A stretch of DNA of 64,000 nt. Origin: the human T2T-CHM13v2.0 reference genome, Homo sapiens. Below, piece by piece: positions 13,797 through 27,485 of the stretch (its first letter is position 1; every line of letters begins with the position of its first letter). The stretch spans positions 35,808,001 to 35,872,000 of the forward strand of contig CP068257.2 in NCBI GenBank assembly GCA_009914755.4. Direction: 5' to 3'. The notes below the pieces were generated by a model, which was not told where the DNA came from, made no database searches, and saw only the letters and a list, made by a program, of their open reading frames with translations. A program made the position numbers and the translations under genes.

Positions 13797-14086
13797 CAAG
13801 GGTCCCCAACCCCTGGTACTGTCTGAGGCCTGTTAGGAACTGGGCCGCACAGCAGGAGGTGCCGAGCACTACCACCTGAGCTCTGCCTCTTTTCATGTCA
13901 CCTGAAGCATTAGACTCGCATAGACATGCACATGCAAGGGATCCAGGTTGCGTGCTTCTTATGAGAGTCTAATGCCTGATGATCTGAGGTAGAACAGTTT
14001 TTCATTCTGAAACCATATCTCCCCCCATGGAAAAACTGTCCTCCATGAAACCAGTCCCTGGTGCCAAAAAGTTTGGGGGACCGCTG
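13797..14086 (+). mobile_element. Non-autonomous hAT-like DNA transposon (MER-type) nested in the L1
   Basis: Terminal inverted repeats cacaagggtccccaacccctggtac … ccagtccctggtgccaaaaagtttgggggaccgctg. The internal palindromic core gcacagcaggaggtg…gcatgcaagggatccaggttgcgtgc…tctaatgcctgatgatctgaggtagaacagtttt is shared with the second copy at 58375-58612. Confidence 0.6.
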
Positions 14087-14472
14087 CTTTATCAGATTGG
14101 GAAAGATACCTTCTATTTCTAGTTAATGAAAGTTTGTTTTAGGTCAAGTATGGATGTTGGATTTGTCAAATGTTTTTTCTGCATCTCCCGAGATTACCAC
14201 ATGGTTTTTATTTTTTAGTTAATTTGATGAATTGTACTGATTGATTTCTTAATGTTAAACTGATAATAGTGTTTGCTGAAATAAAGGTCACTTTGTTATG
14301 ATGGTCTTTATTTTGATTGTTTGATTCAAATAGTTACAATTTTGTTTAGAATTTTTATATCTTATGTTCATGAAAGATATTGGGGTTTTATTGATTTCTG
14401 TTTTTCTGTTTTGTTGATTTCTACTCTGGATCCTTATTTTTGTTATTCCGTTGACTTTGATTTTGTTTGCTC

Positions 14473-14799
<327 letters not shown>

Positions 14800-14965
14800 T
14801 AGTGTATTAAGGTAAAAAGCAGAAGCCATTGATTTAAGAACTCTTTTCCTTTCTAATAGAGATGATTAATGCTATAATATTCTCCGTAACTATTGTCTTA
14901 GCTGTATCAAAAATTTTGATATATTTTATTTTCATTCTTTTCAGAATGCTTTATAATTTGCTGTT

Positions 14966-15060
14966 TGCTTTCTTCCTTGAGTTGTGGTTATTTAGGACTA
15001 TTTTGTTTTGAGTTATGGTTTCTTCCTTGAGTTGTGGTTATTTAGGACTATTTTGTTTTA
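14966..15060. repeat. Short tandem duplication (about 51 bp x 2) inside the L1 remnant
   Basis: gctttcttccttgagttgtggttatttaggactattttgtttt appears twice in tandem (14966-15009 and 15017-15060). Confidence 0.8.
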
Positions 15061-16942
15061 CTTACATGGTTCTGTTACTTTATTCTGATTTAGTTTGTCA
15101 CCAGAGAACGTATTTTGAATAACTCGATTTCCTTTAATTTATTAGGGTTTGTTTTGTACCCCATAATGTTGTCTATCTTGGTTACAGTTGCTTTGTCCCT
15201 AGAAAAGAATGTATATTCTGCTGTTCTTTGGTAGAATATTCTCTAAATGTTAATTAGGTCAACTTGGTCGGTAGTGTTGATCAGATCTTGTATATCTTTA
15301 TTGATTTTCTCTCCACTTGTTCTATCAAATATTGAGAGACGGATATTGAAATCTCTTAATATAATTGTGTCTATCGTTGTAGTTTTATCATTTTTTTTGG
15401 TCTGTGTGTTTTAAAGCTCTGTTAATAGGTTCATAGATGTTCAGGATTTAGTATGTTCTCTTGGTGATTTGACACTTTTATCATTGGAAAATAACTTTCA
15501 TCTCGTGATATTCTTCAGACTGCAGCATACTTTCTTTGATAATATAGCCATTCTGTCTTAATTTTGATAGCATGATATATCTTTTCCCAGATGTTTACTT
15601 TTAATCTATTAATGTCTTTGTATTAGAAATTTATTTCTTACAGACACATATAGTTGACTTGCTTTTCTTGTTGTTCCTGGTCTGAAATCTCTGCTTCTCA
15701 TTTGAGGTATTTAGATCATTTGTGTTTAATGTGATTATTGGTATGTTTTGGTTTAAATCTGTCATCCTGCTATTTATTTCCTATTTGTGTTGTCTGTTTT
15801 TCCCCTTTCCTCTTTTTCTCCTACCGTCTTTTATTCTGCTTTTGGATTGATTGAAATTTTTAAATGATTTGATTTTCTTCCTTTTATTGGTTTATTCATT
15901 TTAACCTTGTTTTTTAAATTTAGTGGTTTCTCTTTATCTTATCACAGTCTACTTCCAAAGGATATTAGATCACTTCACGTATAGTGTATTGACCATACCA
16001 TAGTATTCTTCTATTTCTCTACTACTGTCCTTTTTACTGACTTTAAAATAGATTTTGTTTGTGCATATGTTATTAACCTTACACTACATTACTATTATTG
16101 TTTAAACACTTAGATTTAAATAAGAATTCCTGTATTCTTATCCATTTCGTTATCTTTTCTGGTCTTCATTCCTTTGTATAGGTCCATATTTCCATCTAGT
16201 TTCATTTTCCTTCATCCTGAGTATTTCTATTAACATTTTTTGTAGTGCGTATTTACTAATGATGTATTCTTTCACCTTTTAGGTATCTGAAAATGCCTTT
16301 ATTTTGCTGTTTTTTTTTTTTTTTGACAGATATTTTCAGTGGGTATGGAACTCTAAATGACACTTTTTTCTTTCAGTAATTTAAAAATGTTGCTGCACCA
16401 TCTGCTCTCTCGCATTGTTTCTTACAGAAAATCTTCTTTATTCATTTGTATATAATATGTCTCTTTTTCTGGCCGTTTTTAAGATTTTTCTGTTTATCAT
16501 TGGTTTTTAGCAGTTTGATAATTACGTACCTTAGTTTAGTTTTCTTTGTGTTTCTTGTGCTTGGGGTTTGTTGAACTTTTAGATCTATGGGTTTGTAGTT
16601 TTTATCAGATTTGGAAGATTTTTGACCATTAGTTTTTCAAAATTTTTGGGTTCTCCTTTCTGTCAGGAACTTTAGTTACATGTATATTATTAGGGTGCTT
16701 GAGATTGTCCCAGAACTCAGTGAATGTCTGTTAACTTTTTAAAATCTTTTCTGTTTTGACATCCAATTTCAGTTGTTGAGTACTCATTTGGAATTCTGAG
16801 GTAGTTTTTATTGCTGTGTCTTCAAGGTCACTAGTCCTTTTTTCTGTACTATCTAACCTTTTATTAGTTTTACCCTTTGTGTTTTTTATCATTCACATTG
16901 TAGTTTTTATTTCCATTTCTATTTCATCATCTCCTCCTCTTC

Positions 16943-17086
16943 TTTCTTTTTTTAAAATAGAGACAGGGTCTTCCTATGTCTCTGTTTGCTATGACGGGCT
17001 GGATTTGAATTCCTGGCCTCAAGTGATATTCCTGTCCCAGCCTCCCAAAGTGCTGGGATTATAGGTGTGAGCCAGCATGCCTGAAC
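16943..17086 (-). mobile_element. Monomeric (FLAM-like) Alu left arm, minus orientation
   Basis: T-rich tail tctttctttttttaaaatagagacagggtc then …ggcctcaagtgatattcctgtcccagcctcccaaagtgctgggattataggtgtgagccagcatgcctg. Only the left-monomer equivalent is present. Confidence 0.65.
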
Positions 17087-17188
17087 TGTAGTTTTCATTT
17101 CTAGTTCAATTTGGGTGTCTTAAAAATATTTTCCATGACATCCCTTAGATATTTGAATACATGGAGTACAGTTATAGTACCTGTTTCT

Positions 17189-17470
17189 GTTTTTTGTTTT
17201 GAGACAGGGTCTCACTCTGTCACCCAGCCTGGAGTGCAGTGGTGCTTTTGTAGCTCACTGGGGCCTCATACTCCAGGGCTCAAGGAATCTTCTCCTGCCT
17301 CAGGCTTCTGAGTAGCTGGGACCTACAGGCATGCACTACCAAGCCCAGCTAATTTTTAAATTTGTAGTAGAAACGAAGTCTCTTGGTGTTGCCCAGGCTG
17401 GTCTCAAGGGAGCCTCCTGCCTTGGCCTCTCAAAGTGCTGAGATTACAGGTGTGAGCCACTGTCCGCAAC
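17189..17470 (-). mobile_element. Alu SINE (AluJ-like), minus orientation
   Basis: gttttttgttttgagacagggtctcactctgtcacccagcctggagtgcagtggtg…cctcctgccttggcctctcaaagtgctgagattacaggtgtgagccactgtccgcaacc. Together with the next element it is flanked by the direct repeat agtacctgttt (17178-17188 and 17661-17671). Confidence 0.85.
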
Positions 17471-17493
17471 CATAGACCAGGGTAGGAGATGTC

Positions 17494-17656
17494 TTTTTTT
17501 TTCCCCTTTCTTTTAGAGACAGGGTCTTGCTCTGGGGCCCAGGCTGAAGTGCATTGGTGCAATCATAACTTACTGCAACCTTCAACTCCTCAAGAGATCC
17601 TCCTGCTTCAGCCTCCCAAAGCACTGGGATTACAGATTGAGCCACCGCTCCTGGCC
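17494..17656 (-). mobile_element. Internally deleted Alu (start of the right arm fused to the end of the left arm), minus orientation
   Basis: ttttttttcccctttcttttagagacagggtcttgctctggggcccaggctgaagtgcattggtgcaatcataacttactgcaacc…cctcctgcttcagcctcccaaagcactgggattacagattgagccaccgctcctggcc. Track ORFs 17430..17780, 17489..17806 and 17608..17814 derive from this Alu pair. Confidence 0.8.
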
Positions 17657-19319
17657 AGTACCTGTTTGGGTCCATTTCTGTTAATTCTAACAGCTGTATC
17701 AATTCCTGATTGGTTTCCATTGATTGATTTCCCCCACCCGTATGGGTTGTGTCTTTCTGCTTTTGTGCGTACCTGGACATTTTTTATTGTGTACCAGCCA
17801 TTGTGAATTTTCACTTTGTCGGGTGCCGAGTATTTTTGTATTTCTTCTGTAAGTTTTCTTGGCTTTTGTTCTGGAACAGTCGGGTTACTTAGAAATAGTT
17901 TGATCTTTGAGTCTTACTTCTGAGATTTTTTAGGTGGGACCAGTGCAGTGTTTAATGATAATTATTCTTCACAAATGGGAGCAGTGTAGTCCTGTGTAGT
18001 TTATCCAATGCTCGGTGAGTATCGATGTTTCCCATTCTGGTTGGTGTGGGAAGCTTCTGGTAGTTTGCTGGCAATCTTGGGCATTCCTTGGCTTCTGCTG
18101 CATTACGCCTATCTTTGCCTTCTTTCTCACACGGTGGTCTTCCTGTGTGTGTGTCTGTCTCTGTCTAAATTTCTCCATTTTATAATAACACCAGTCATAT
18201 TGCATTAGTGCCTACCCTGATGACCTCATCTTAACTAATTATGTGTGCAGCAAAGCTTTTTTCCAAAGATGGTAACATTCTGAGGTACTGGGGTTAGGAT
18301 TTGAGCATAGAATTTTGAGGGGACACAAGTTGACCTGTAACGTTGCCCCTGGAATGTTTCCTGAATATACTTCTGTGCTCTTAGGGTGTTACACACCTCC
18401 TTCTCTCAGCTTGGTATGCCCCCGTTCCTTTCTTCTGCTTCTCTTTCTTAAAAGCCACCTGCTGATGAGAACCTCTGTTTAGAAGGTTTATCAGATTGTA
18501 CCTTTTATTATAAATATTTACATGGCATATTTCTGCACATAAAACATTTTTGAAGACCTGGAGAGGATTTGTCCCACTTCTTTCACTGTCTCCCAGTACC
18601 ACCTGTAGTACTTTATAACTAGTGATTACCCGAATTGAATACGTTAATGAGTATGTCTGAACAGACAAGTTGCAGAATGGACATTTTAAGAAAGATCAGT
18701 AACTGCAGGAAGGATTGGAGGCTTAGGCATCTGGAGTGAGGAATTCATTTTGGAGATTATTATAGTAAGTCAGGCACGCATTAATTTATTAATTGAGCCT
18801 ACTAAGTACGGAAGCCTTCACTGGGTATCAGGTGTAGACCTGTGACAATTTCAGAATTTGCCTCTGTCCCCATGGACCTTACTGTGTGTGGGGAGTCATG
18901 AGGTAAGAACAGAAAAGATGGACAAGAAGGGTTTTCCTGAGGAACCCTAGACAAACCTTGAGAATGATTAGTCATGGAGGTGAGGATGAAGCATCGAAAA
19001 ACATGATGCCAAGCCTGGGTGCATGAGAGAGGACCGTTAGTAGAAATGAGAAGTCAGGCATTTGGTGGGTAGGGGATGATAAATTAGTTTGCTTCTAGAT
19101 AAGATGAGTAGAACATCTAAGTAGAAAATCCAGATTGCAGAAAACTCACAGTTGAATGGTGGAGTGGTAGATGTTCTTGCTTGGGTATAAAGGGAGAGAG
19201 AGCACCAGCAGTTAGTTGGGTGAAGGGGCTGACAGTCAAGAGCAGAGATTTTTCTGGGTAGGTGCTACACCGAACATATTTGTAGGAAGAGGGGAAGTGA
19301 CTGGGGCACTGGGAGGTGA

Positions 19320-19435
19320 CATGCAATTATTTCCATTTTACAAATGAGAAAACTGGGACACCTAAAAGTTAAGAAAGGTGCCCCAGGGACACAGCTAGTA
19401 AGTGGTGGAGCCAGAATGGAAATCTGGGCAGGATG
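19320..19435 (-). mobile_element. MIR SINE fragment
   Basis: ccattttacaaatgagaaaactgggacacctaaaagttaagaaaggtgccccagggacacagctagtaagtggtggagccagaatggaaatctgggcag matches the antisense of the MIR core (ccattttacagatgaggaaactgaggc…cacacagctagtaagtggcagagc). Confidence 0.7.
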
Positions 19436-20212
19436 GCGGCAGAATCTGTGCTCCTAGGCACAGGATGGTGCTTCTGATAGTTTTCTTTAAATCTATTAAC
19501 TTTTTAATATGTTAGTTTGCTTTCATAGGGAATTAATACTATAAAGTTAGAACACCAGCCCTGCTTGTCACTTACAGAAGGCAAGAGTAAACACGAATAT
19601 AGGGAAAGCAGAATAATTCAACAAAACAGAATGCACACCGGAAAGTAATGGAACTATTTGTGATCAGTTAGTAACTAAGGGGTGTTTTCTGTTAGATGCC
19701 AGGAGGTTTAAGATGATGAGGAATGTTTCGGAAAATAAGCAACAAGCATTTGAGCATTTACTGTGCCAAGCATTTCATGTTGGTGCGGGGGATGAAGTAG
19801 TGACTAAGACAGAGTCCCTGCTTTTGTGGAGCTCGTTTTGTAATGGAGAGAGATACACAGTAAACATCTGAACAAATAGAGTTGGGGAAGATGCAGTTTT
19901 TGCTGGGAAGATCAGGGATAGTCTTTCCATGGGAGTGCTTTTTTTCTATTTCATTTGGTTTATTTCAAATGAGCAAATACATCTGTGGGGTAGTCTGGTT
20001 TATAGAAGTGCCCATCAGTCATGCAGATCTCTTGTATCATGAACAGTGTGACATTTTTTCCCCATTGGAGTACAGTAGTAACAGTTTTTCCATATCAAAG
20101 CCCAGCACCCTCTATATAAAAGAGTAGTCATTTGTAATCAGATGCCAAGAAAAAGTTGGGAATTTTAGCACCCTGTCCTTAACCAATATTAGCAGTCTTA
20201 ACATTCTTACTG

Positions 20213-20342
20213 GCAGGGCACAGTGGCTTATGCCTGTAATCCCAGCACTTTGGGAGGTTGAGGTGGGAGTATTGCTTGAGGAGTTCGAGACCACCCTGGG
20301 CAGCCTAGTGAGACCCTCATCTGTATTTTAAAATAAAAAAAC
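20213..20342 (+). mobile_element. Monomeric Alu (FLAM-like left monomer) with a 13-bp TSD
   Basis: gcagggcacagtggcttatgcctgtaatcccagcactttgggaggttgaggtgggagtattgcttgaggagttcgagaccaccctgggcagcctagtgagaccctcatctgtattttaaaataaaaaaa. TSD aacattcttactg at 20200-20212 and 20343-20355. Track ORF 20112..20294 derives from it. Confidence 0.85.
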
Positions 20343-23040
20343 AACATTCTTACTGTAATTGATGTGGGAGGAAGAGCATCCCTGCTTCTAAAACGGTAAA
20401 TCAGTGTTGCTACCGGAGTATCTTAGGCGTTAAGAAGTGAACGCAGTGATGTGCAGGAAAATGTATTGGAAAATCCTTGTTAGTGACCCACACCTGCTGT
20501 CCTTGTTGCTCTGAAGAACATGCTACAACTGCAAGTTTGAAAAAGTTTTCCTGAGCATTGGGCCTCTCAACGCTCTCATTTTGCATGTAATGGATTACAT
20601 TGCTGTCTTATTTTAGCCATCTCCTAAGAAGTATTAGCTCTGAAAACATATTTGCTTTTTTTCTAGAATGCATTGAACTAAATGCATTACTATTAAGATA
20701 AATACTGCAGTGGATGCAACTCTTAAAAAAGCTAACAAGTTGCATTTTCAAGAAATTCAAAATGAAAATGGCCTACTAAGGTCTGTGGGGAAAACTTTTA
20801 GAAAATCATTTAAATTGATTTTCCCTATTTAATAAAGTAGTTAATGGGAAAATTCACATGGCTTTCCAGCTATTAAAATATTCCTATCCTGACATTTGAG
20901 AATCTACAATGTATAGGCAGGTTTGAAATTCTTTTTTTTTTTTTTAATTTGAGTGGTGTTTCAGAGTTTACAAGTGTGCTCACACGTGTTACCTCACGTG
21001 AACCTCACAGAGATGTCAGAGTGGCTTATCATCCCAACTTTACAGTAATGGCAGATGAGCCTTGGAAAAGGTCAGGGTCACACAGTGAGTTAGTAGATCT
21101 GAGGCTAAAATGGACTTTTCTGTTTATCATATTGTTTACTGAATGCCTGTAATATGCCTTAGGTACGCAAGAGATCTTGTTCTGCGCCCCACCTTGTGGC
21201 GGTGGAAGCACACAGGTCAGGCCAGAGGAGGAGTTCTGCTCCTTTTGTGCTCCCTCTGTGATTTGGGAGCATGCAGTTCTTCATAAGAATCCCCACTCTC
21301 CTGATTGTTACTAGTCTTGCCACCATTCCTCATTGCTACCACTTGTCCCCTGTGTGAGAGGGATGGGTTGGGAGGGGAAGAGAGGGCACTTAACATCTGA
21401 TTACAGAGGCAGAGCTTTATGTGTAATAAATGCTCTACTCTCCTAACAGGAGAACTTGCTTCTTTTATATCCCCTTCCTCCCTGTCAATCTATGATTGGA
21501 TCTCAGGAGGTGAGTTGAGTGAGACAGTGTTTTCTCTGAGGGCCTTGTTTCCTGCTCATTCACTAAAGATTTGTCAGTGAATGAAGCAGCACTTCCACCC
21601 TCAGGATCTTATGTTATAGTTGGGGGGAAAGTGACAATGACACACCCCATGTAACTTATAAATAAATATATTTTATGATACTAATATATAAGTGTACATA
21701 TATATACACATTTTTATATGTGAACATACATTAAAAAAACATAATTTCAGAATGCCTCACACGAATCTTGCTGCCACTCAAGCCTTTAAGACCTAAAGTC
21801 TGCTTACCTCTTTTTGTAAATAAAGTTTTATTGGAATATAGCCCTACTCATTGGTTTATGTATTATATCTGTGGCTGCTTTTGTGCTACATGGGAAGAGT
21901 TTTGATTAATTGCAACAGAAGCTTCATCTTCCGCAAAGCCTAAAACATTCACACTCTGGCCCCTTAAGAGAAAGCTTGCTGACCCCTGCTCAGGATGTAG
22001 CAAGCATTGTACTCACGGCATTATACTCACGGCCATGGTGCAGCTGCAGACTTAGAAAAGAAGGCTTGAGTTGGCGAGCTGATGGACATGGCAGGTGGGT
22101 GGAACTTAGCAGTGGAGTGGGTAGTTTCTAGCCTCTAGGTGTGGGATCACTGTGCTAAGTCAGGAAGTGTGGCTAATCTTTGCTTAGAGGTGGGGAACTT
22201 GTGCTTTTAAGAAAGCACTTGGTGTTTTCTAGTAAATGTGAATTGTGGCGATTAAAAAAATTGTATATTAAAATTCGGAATTAACAAGTTTATGTAAATT
22301 AGAAAGTGAGAGTTGCCGCTGTCCCCTCAATTCCCACTCTTCAAGGTGTTAAGAGCTGTTAAGAGATGGAGTTTTTCCCCCTCTGAGTATTAACTTCTAC
22401 TTAGTAATTTAAAAATCTGCTATATTTTAGACCATCTTTTTTTACATTGTGACCCTGAGGTTCACTTGATTCCCAAAATGTAGTCGGGATTGTTCAGTTG
22501 AGTGTTTGTTACATAGAAGATTAACGTGTAAAATATTTCAGAAGAGATTTTAATAGACATCTCCCTGTCAGTTGATGAGTTGACATTGTTTTTCTAAATA
22601 GTTTTAGAATTAGGCTTTTTATGACAAGTATTAAAGCACTTTGTACTGTATTACTGGTATTTTAAATTTTTACAATTTTTTTTAAAAACTCTTGTTCTGG
22701 TGGAGGGTCCCATAATCAGAGTCACCTGAGAAACTTCAGAACAATGCTGGTGCCTGGTCCCCATTTCAGGCCTAGCAAGTCCAAAACTCTAGAGGTCAGG
22801 AGATCATCTACATTTGTAAAAGCTCTGCAAGTGAGCTATGGAGTAGATAACACTTTTTATAACATAACTTTGTTTTTATAATAATTTGTGGGAAAATAGG
22901 AAGGTTTAACATGAAATATTATAGGTATGATTTATATTTCTAGTACAGGTCATGATTTATGCTGAAAAAACTTGTATATTTTATTTAAACTCAAATATTG
23001 AGCAAAGGAGGGAAATATATATAAAACAAGTATTTAAAAT

Positions 23041-23348
<308 letters not shown>

Positions 23349-24769
23349 TAGGAATTACGTAATTTGATTTGAAGAGTCATATCATTTTTCCCCTGCTTTA
23401 CTTTTGTACCTCTTCTCCAAGAAAAAAGTCTACTCTCTCAAAAACCGAAAACACATTTCTTAACTTCTGGGAGGTAGTTTTGTTTGTATTAGTTCAAGTC
23501 CATACTGGAATACGTTTGACCAGTGTTTTCAAGCTGAGAAATGACATTTAATTATTTGTTATCATTTCTAGGTAGATAGTAATTTCTGTATTTACTAAGG
23601 TAAGCTAACTGGTTTAACGAACACACCTAATATTTCAGTGGTTTAAATCAGTAGAATTTCTTGCCATATAATAGTCCAATGACTGTTAGTACAATGGGAT
23701 AACAGCTCTGCTCTGCAGTTATTCAGGCTCTGAACTATGGGCATTTTTCCTATTTTAAATTTAATAGTGTCCAAAGGTCATCCTAGGTTTTGGCATTTGT
23801 TGAATGGGGGAAGAGCATGGAGGTTTTCACACGCAATTTTTATGGGTCAGACGTGGTAGTGGCACACATCACTTCTGTTGACATTTCATTGGCTTGGTCT
23901 TAGTCACGTGGCCATGCTAACTGCAAGGGAGGCTGGAAATGTAGTCTAGTTGACTCAGGGAAAAAAATGCCTTTGGTTATCAATTAGCAGTCTCTTTCGT
24001 GTGGTCAAGGTAAACAACATCAGCAAGACATTGACTTCTCTGTGAGCTACCTAATTATTTCGTTTTTGCTTTTCCTTTTCTCATTTTCCCATGTTTTTGC
24101 AATTACTCTCCACTTTTCCCCATAAATATCCTGTTTTTGAGGTGATGGCCCGCATTCTTCATTTACTTTCAAGTCTAGTCAAGTCAAGTCTCTTGGATGC
24201 AGACAACAGAAACCCATTCCTGGCCAAGTTGGGCAGAAAACAAATGTAATGGAAGGCTATATGTTAACCCATAGAATTAATTGAAAGCTGGAAACTATGC
24301 TGGAAAAATAAGTAGGGGCCAAAGCAGGTGGCAGCAGAGGACACAGCCAGGGTCGCAGCAGAAGACCAGTCTGCTTCGGATCCCACACCTGGCACTTGTG
24401 CAATGCATTGCTATGTGAGCCTCAACTTTCCTGCCTCCACTGTGGATAGTCTCTTACTGTCCCTACATCTTGCAGGAGTGACCCATCAAGACTCCAGAGT
24501 CTGAACAGGAGCATGTGATTGTCAAAACTTTGGTCACTAGCAAAGCCCTGGTTACCAGGGAGGTAAGGTAGGAGATTTGTTAGTTTGGTTTTTATACTTG
24601 GTGGCATGGCTTTTTTGCCTTCCATGATTCTCATGAACTGTGAAGAGTGTTCAGATACCAAATGGCCTAAAAATGACAAATACCTATGTGGGAACCTTTT
24701 TCATCAGGAGAAATAAGTTGTGGTATAAGATGGGAGGCTGTGTTCCAATCTTGATTTTTATCACGTTGT

Positions 24770-24880
24770 TAAGCCTCTGGGTTGCAGCCGCCCCCTCTGT
24801 AAAGTGAGGTGGGGGAACTAGATGTCTGACAGTGTCTGTTCATTTACTCACTCATTGAATAAATATTTAGTAAGTGCCTT
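24770..24880 (+). mobile_element. MIR SINE fragment (3' half)
   Basis: gcctctgggttgcagccgccccctctgtaaagtgaggtgggggaactagatgtctgacagtgtctgttcatttactcactcattgaataaatatttagtaagtgcc resembles MIR …cctcatctgtaaaatgggga…gctcaataaatgtt. Confidence 0.5.
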
Positions 24881-25909
24881 TTATGTGCCAACACAAAAGA
24901 ATTATCACACCCTTGCCTTCCTATATTTGGGTGAGTCAGCAGAGAAGTCATTCTGATACAGTTAGGGTGAAGTGCTCAGATACTCTAGCCTTGGGCAGGG
25001 GTTTAGGAGCTCGTGAGAGTTCCCAGGCCAGCCTGGGCAGAGAGTGTTGGAGTAGGGGATTCAGGGACCACACTCCGCTTCTTTCACTCATTCGTTTAGT
25101 GTTTCCTTTAAGCCTTTGCCTTGTTGTTATGAGAATACAAAAATAAATAAGACCAGTACTTCCCTCCAAAGCACTAATTGTGAGAGCATGCTGATGGCTT
25201 TAGCAGGCAGCATGCTTGCTGTGTTGAGATAAGAGCAGAATACAGTCATGCACCAAATAACATTTCAGTGTTGGACTGCATATACGACAGTATTCCCCTA
25301 AGACTGTAATGAAGCTACAAAAATCCTATCACCTAGTGATGTCTTGCGATCCTTACCCAAGGAGGTCTTGGCTTACGTGTATGTGTATCTTAATTTTTGA
25401 GAAAAATGTTTAAAAAGTAAAAAGTTAAAAAAATGAAAGCTTACAGAATAAGAATGTAAAGAAAGAAAACATTTTTGTACAGTTGTGCAGTGTTTTAAGC
25501 TGTTATTACAAAAGAATCCAAAAGTTAAAAAAAGATTAAAAAGTTATATAAAGTAGGCTAAAGTTAATTTATTACTGAAGAAAACAAGTTTTAAAATAAA
25601 TTAGTGTAGCTTAAATGTACAATGTCTATAAAGTCGACCGTAGTAGACGGTTTAATGTCCTAGGCCTTTGCATTCATTCACTCATCTCTCTTCCTCTCCG
25701 TCCCTCCATCCCTCCCCCACCCATCTCCCTCCATCCCTCCCCCACCCATTGCAACTTCCAGTCCTGCAAGCTCCATTCCTGTAAACGCCCACACAAGTGA
25801 TCTTTTATATCATATTTTTATTGTACCTTTTCCATGCCTATAGCACAAATAATGAGGGTTACAGTTGCCCTCATTATTCAGCACGGCTGAACAGGTTTGC
25901 AGCCTAAGA

Positions 25910-26070
25910 GCAGTAGGCTCTACCGTCTAGCGTGGGCGTGCAGTAGGCTCCACCGTCTAGCGTGGGCGTGCAGTAGGCTCCACCGTCTAGCGTGGGCGTG
26001 CAGTAGGCTCCACCGTCTAGCGTGGGCGTGCAGTAGGCTCCACTGTCTAGCGTGGGCGTGCAGTGTATAC
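25910..26070. repeat. 30-bp minisatellite, 5 complete copies plus an 11-bp partial, near-perfect (candidate VNTR)
   Basis: Unit gcagtaggctccaccgtctagcgtgggcgt at 25910, 25940, 25970, 26000 and 26030. Copy 1 has ct[a]ccgt, copy 5 has cca[t]tgt, copies 2-4 are identical, and gcagtgtatac follows. Unit length 30 = 3x10 explains the stop-free track ORFs in three frames (25897..26094 +, 25904..26092 -, 25920..26216 -). Confidence 0.95.
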
Positions 26071-27319
26071 TCAGTGATGTTCTCACAACCATGAAATCGC
26101 CTGACAGTGAATTTCTTAGAACATATCCTCATGGTTAGGTGACAGGTAAGTGTTCTGAGGGAAGAATGGAGTAGGGGACCAGTTCCCTGTAAGATTCTGA
26201 GAACGTTTCTTAGCATGACATTTGATCCTGGGTCTTGAAGTTTGAGTTGAAGACTTCTAGGAGGAGAAAATAGGAGGGCGGGGATAGCATGCTAGTTGGA
26301 GAGAAGAGTTGCTGAAGAGAAGAGCGAAGAGCTGCTGAAGAGCACCATTGAAGAATGGTGAGAAGGTCGGTGCAGTTAAGGGAAAGGATGTCATGGAGGG
26401 GACAGGATGGAGAGAAATGGTGGGAAATAAGACGAGAGGTGTAAACACTTAACCTGGGTACTCTGGGTATTTAAAGTATTGTGAAGTATTGATTTTGAGC
26501 TTTTTTTTTTTTTGGTTGTGGACATGAACTTTGACAGCAGTAGGGGGAATACACTGAGGGAGGGCATGGAGCCTGGATAAGGAGCAGTTATTGTAGGGGA
26601 TTCCCCTGGCCCCTTTCTGGATTAAGATCTTGACAGAGCATGGAAATAAGCAGCTGGATTCATGAGACATTCCAGAGGCCAAAGTCACAGAATGTAGTTA
26701 GATTGAGGGGGGTTGAGGTAAAGGGGGTGGGGAGGTGGAAGTAAGAGAGCGAATAAGATTGAGGTTTCTAGCTTGAGTGGATGGATGGGTGGAGATGCCG
26801 TTTATAGAACTGGGTCAAACTTGGCGCTACTGCCTGCTCCCCAGCCTGTGCAGACACAGTTAAATATAGCATGCCGTGCTTTCCAGCTGAGGCTTGAGTT
26901 AGCTTTGGAATCTTTTCTATAGCAGTGAGTGCTCCAGACAGCCACTGCCAATCTATTTGAGTTTGTACTGGAGAGGAAACCTATTTGCCTTCCCTGTCAT
27001 AGGAGATGGGGAGGGGAAGGGAAGGGGAGCAGGGAGAGGAATCCCACCCACACTAGTCCCTCTTTTCCCTGCGCTCTTTTCTTCAGAACACATCATTTTC
27101 TGATCTCACACTCCCGTTTTTTTTTTTTTTTTTTTGCTTGAGGATTCTTCTGTGCCCAGCAAAATACAAACTCCAGGAGGCCTGAGATTTGGCCCATAAT
27201 TTTTGCATTTATGCCTTTAATGTTAAGAGCGTTGTCTGGAACAGCACTGCCAATAGAAATGTAAGCCACTTATGTAATTTAAATTTTTCTAGGAGCCACA
27301 TTTTTAAAAAAGTAAAAAG

Positions 27320-27485
27320 AGGCCTGGAGTGGTGGCTTACGCCTATAATCCCAGCATTTTGGGAGGGCAAGGCAGGTGGACTGCTTGAGGCCAGGAGTTC
27401 CAAGGCTGCAGTGAGCTATGCTTGCACCATTGCACTCCAGCCTGGGTGACGAGGGAGAGACCCTGTCTCTTTAAAAAGAAAAAAG
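27320..27485 (+). mobile_element. Alu with an internal deletion (left-arm start joined to right-arm end)
   Basis: aggcctggagtggtggcttacgcctataatcccagcattttgggagggcaaggcaggtggactgcttgaggccaggagttccaaggctgcagtgagctatgcttgcaccattgcactccagcctgggtgacgagggagagaccctgtctctttaaaaagaaaaaag. Track ORFs 27189..27449 and 27209..27403 derive from it. Confidence 0.8.

Noticed and set aside
25680-25760. CT-rich low-complexity stretch with an internal repeat (ccctccatccctcccccacccat twice).
   Set aside because: It is a simple polypyrimidine-type low-complexity region common in introns, not a structured array. It is mentioned only because it produces track ORF 25615-25800.
25897-26216. Three overlapping stop-free ORFs (65, 62 and 98 aa) with internally repetitive peptides (LHRLAWACSR…, CTPTLDGGAY…, LLHAHARRWS…), and the idea that the 30-bp direct repeat could be a CRISPR array.
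   Set aside because: They are the six-frame translation of a 30-bp (3x10) minisatellite. There are no spacers, and this is a primate intron, so the array is a eukaryotic minisatellite and not CRISPR.
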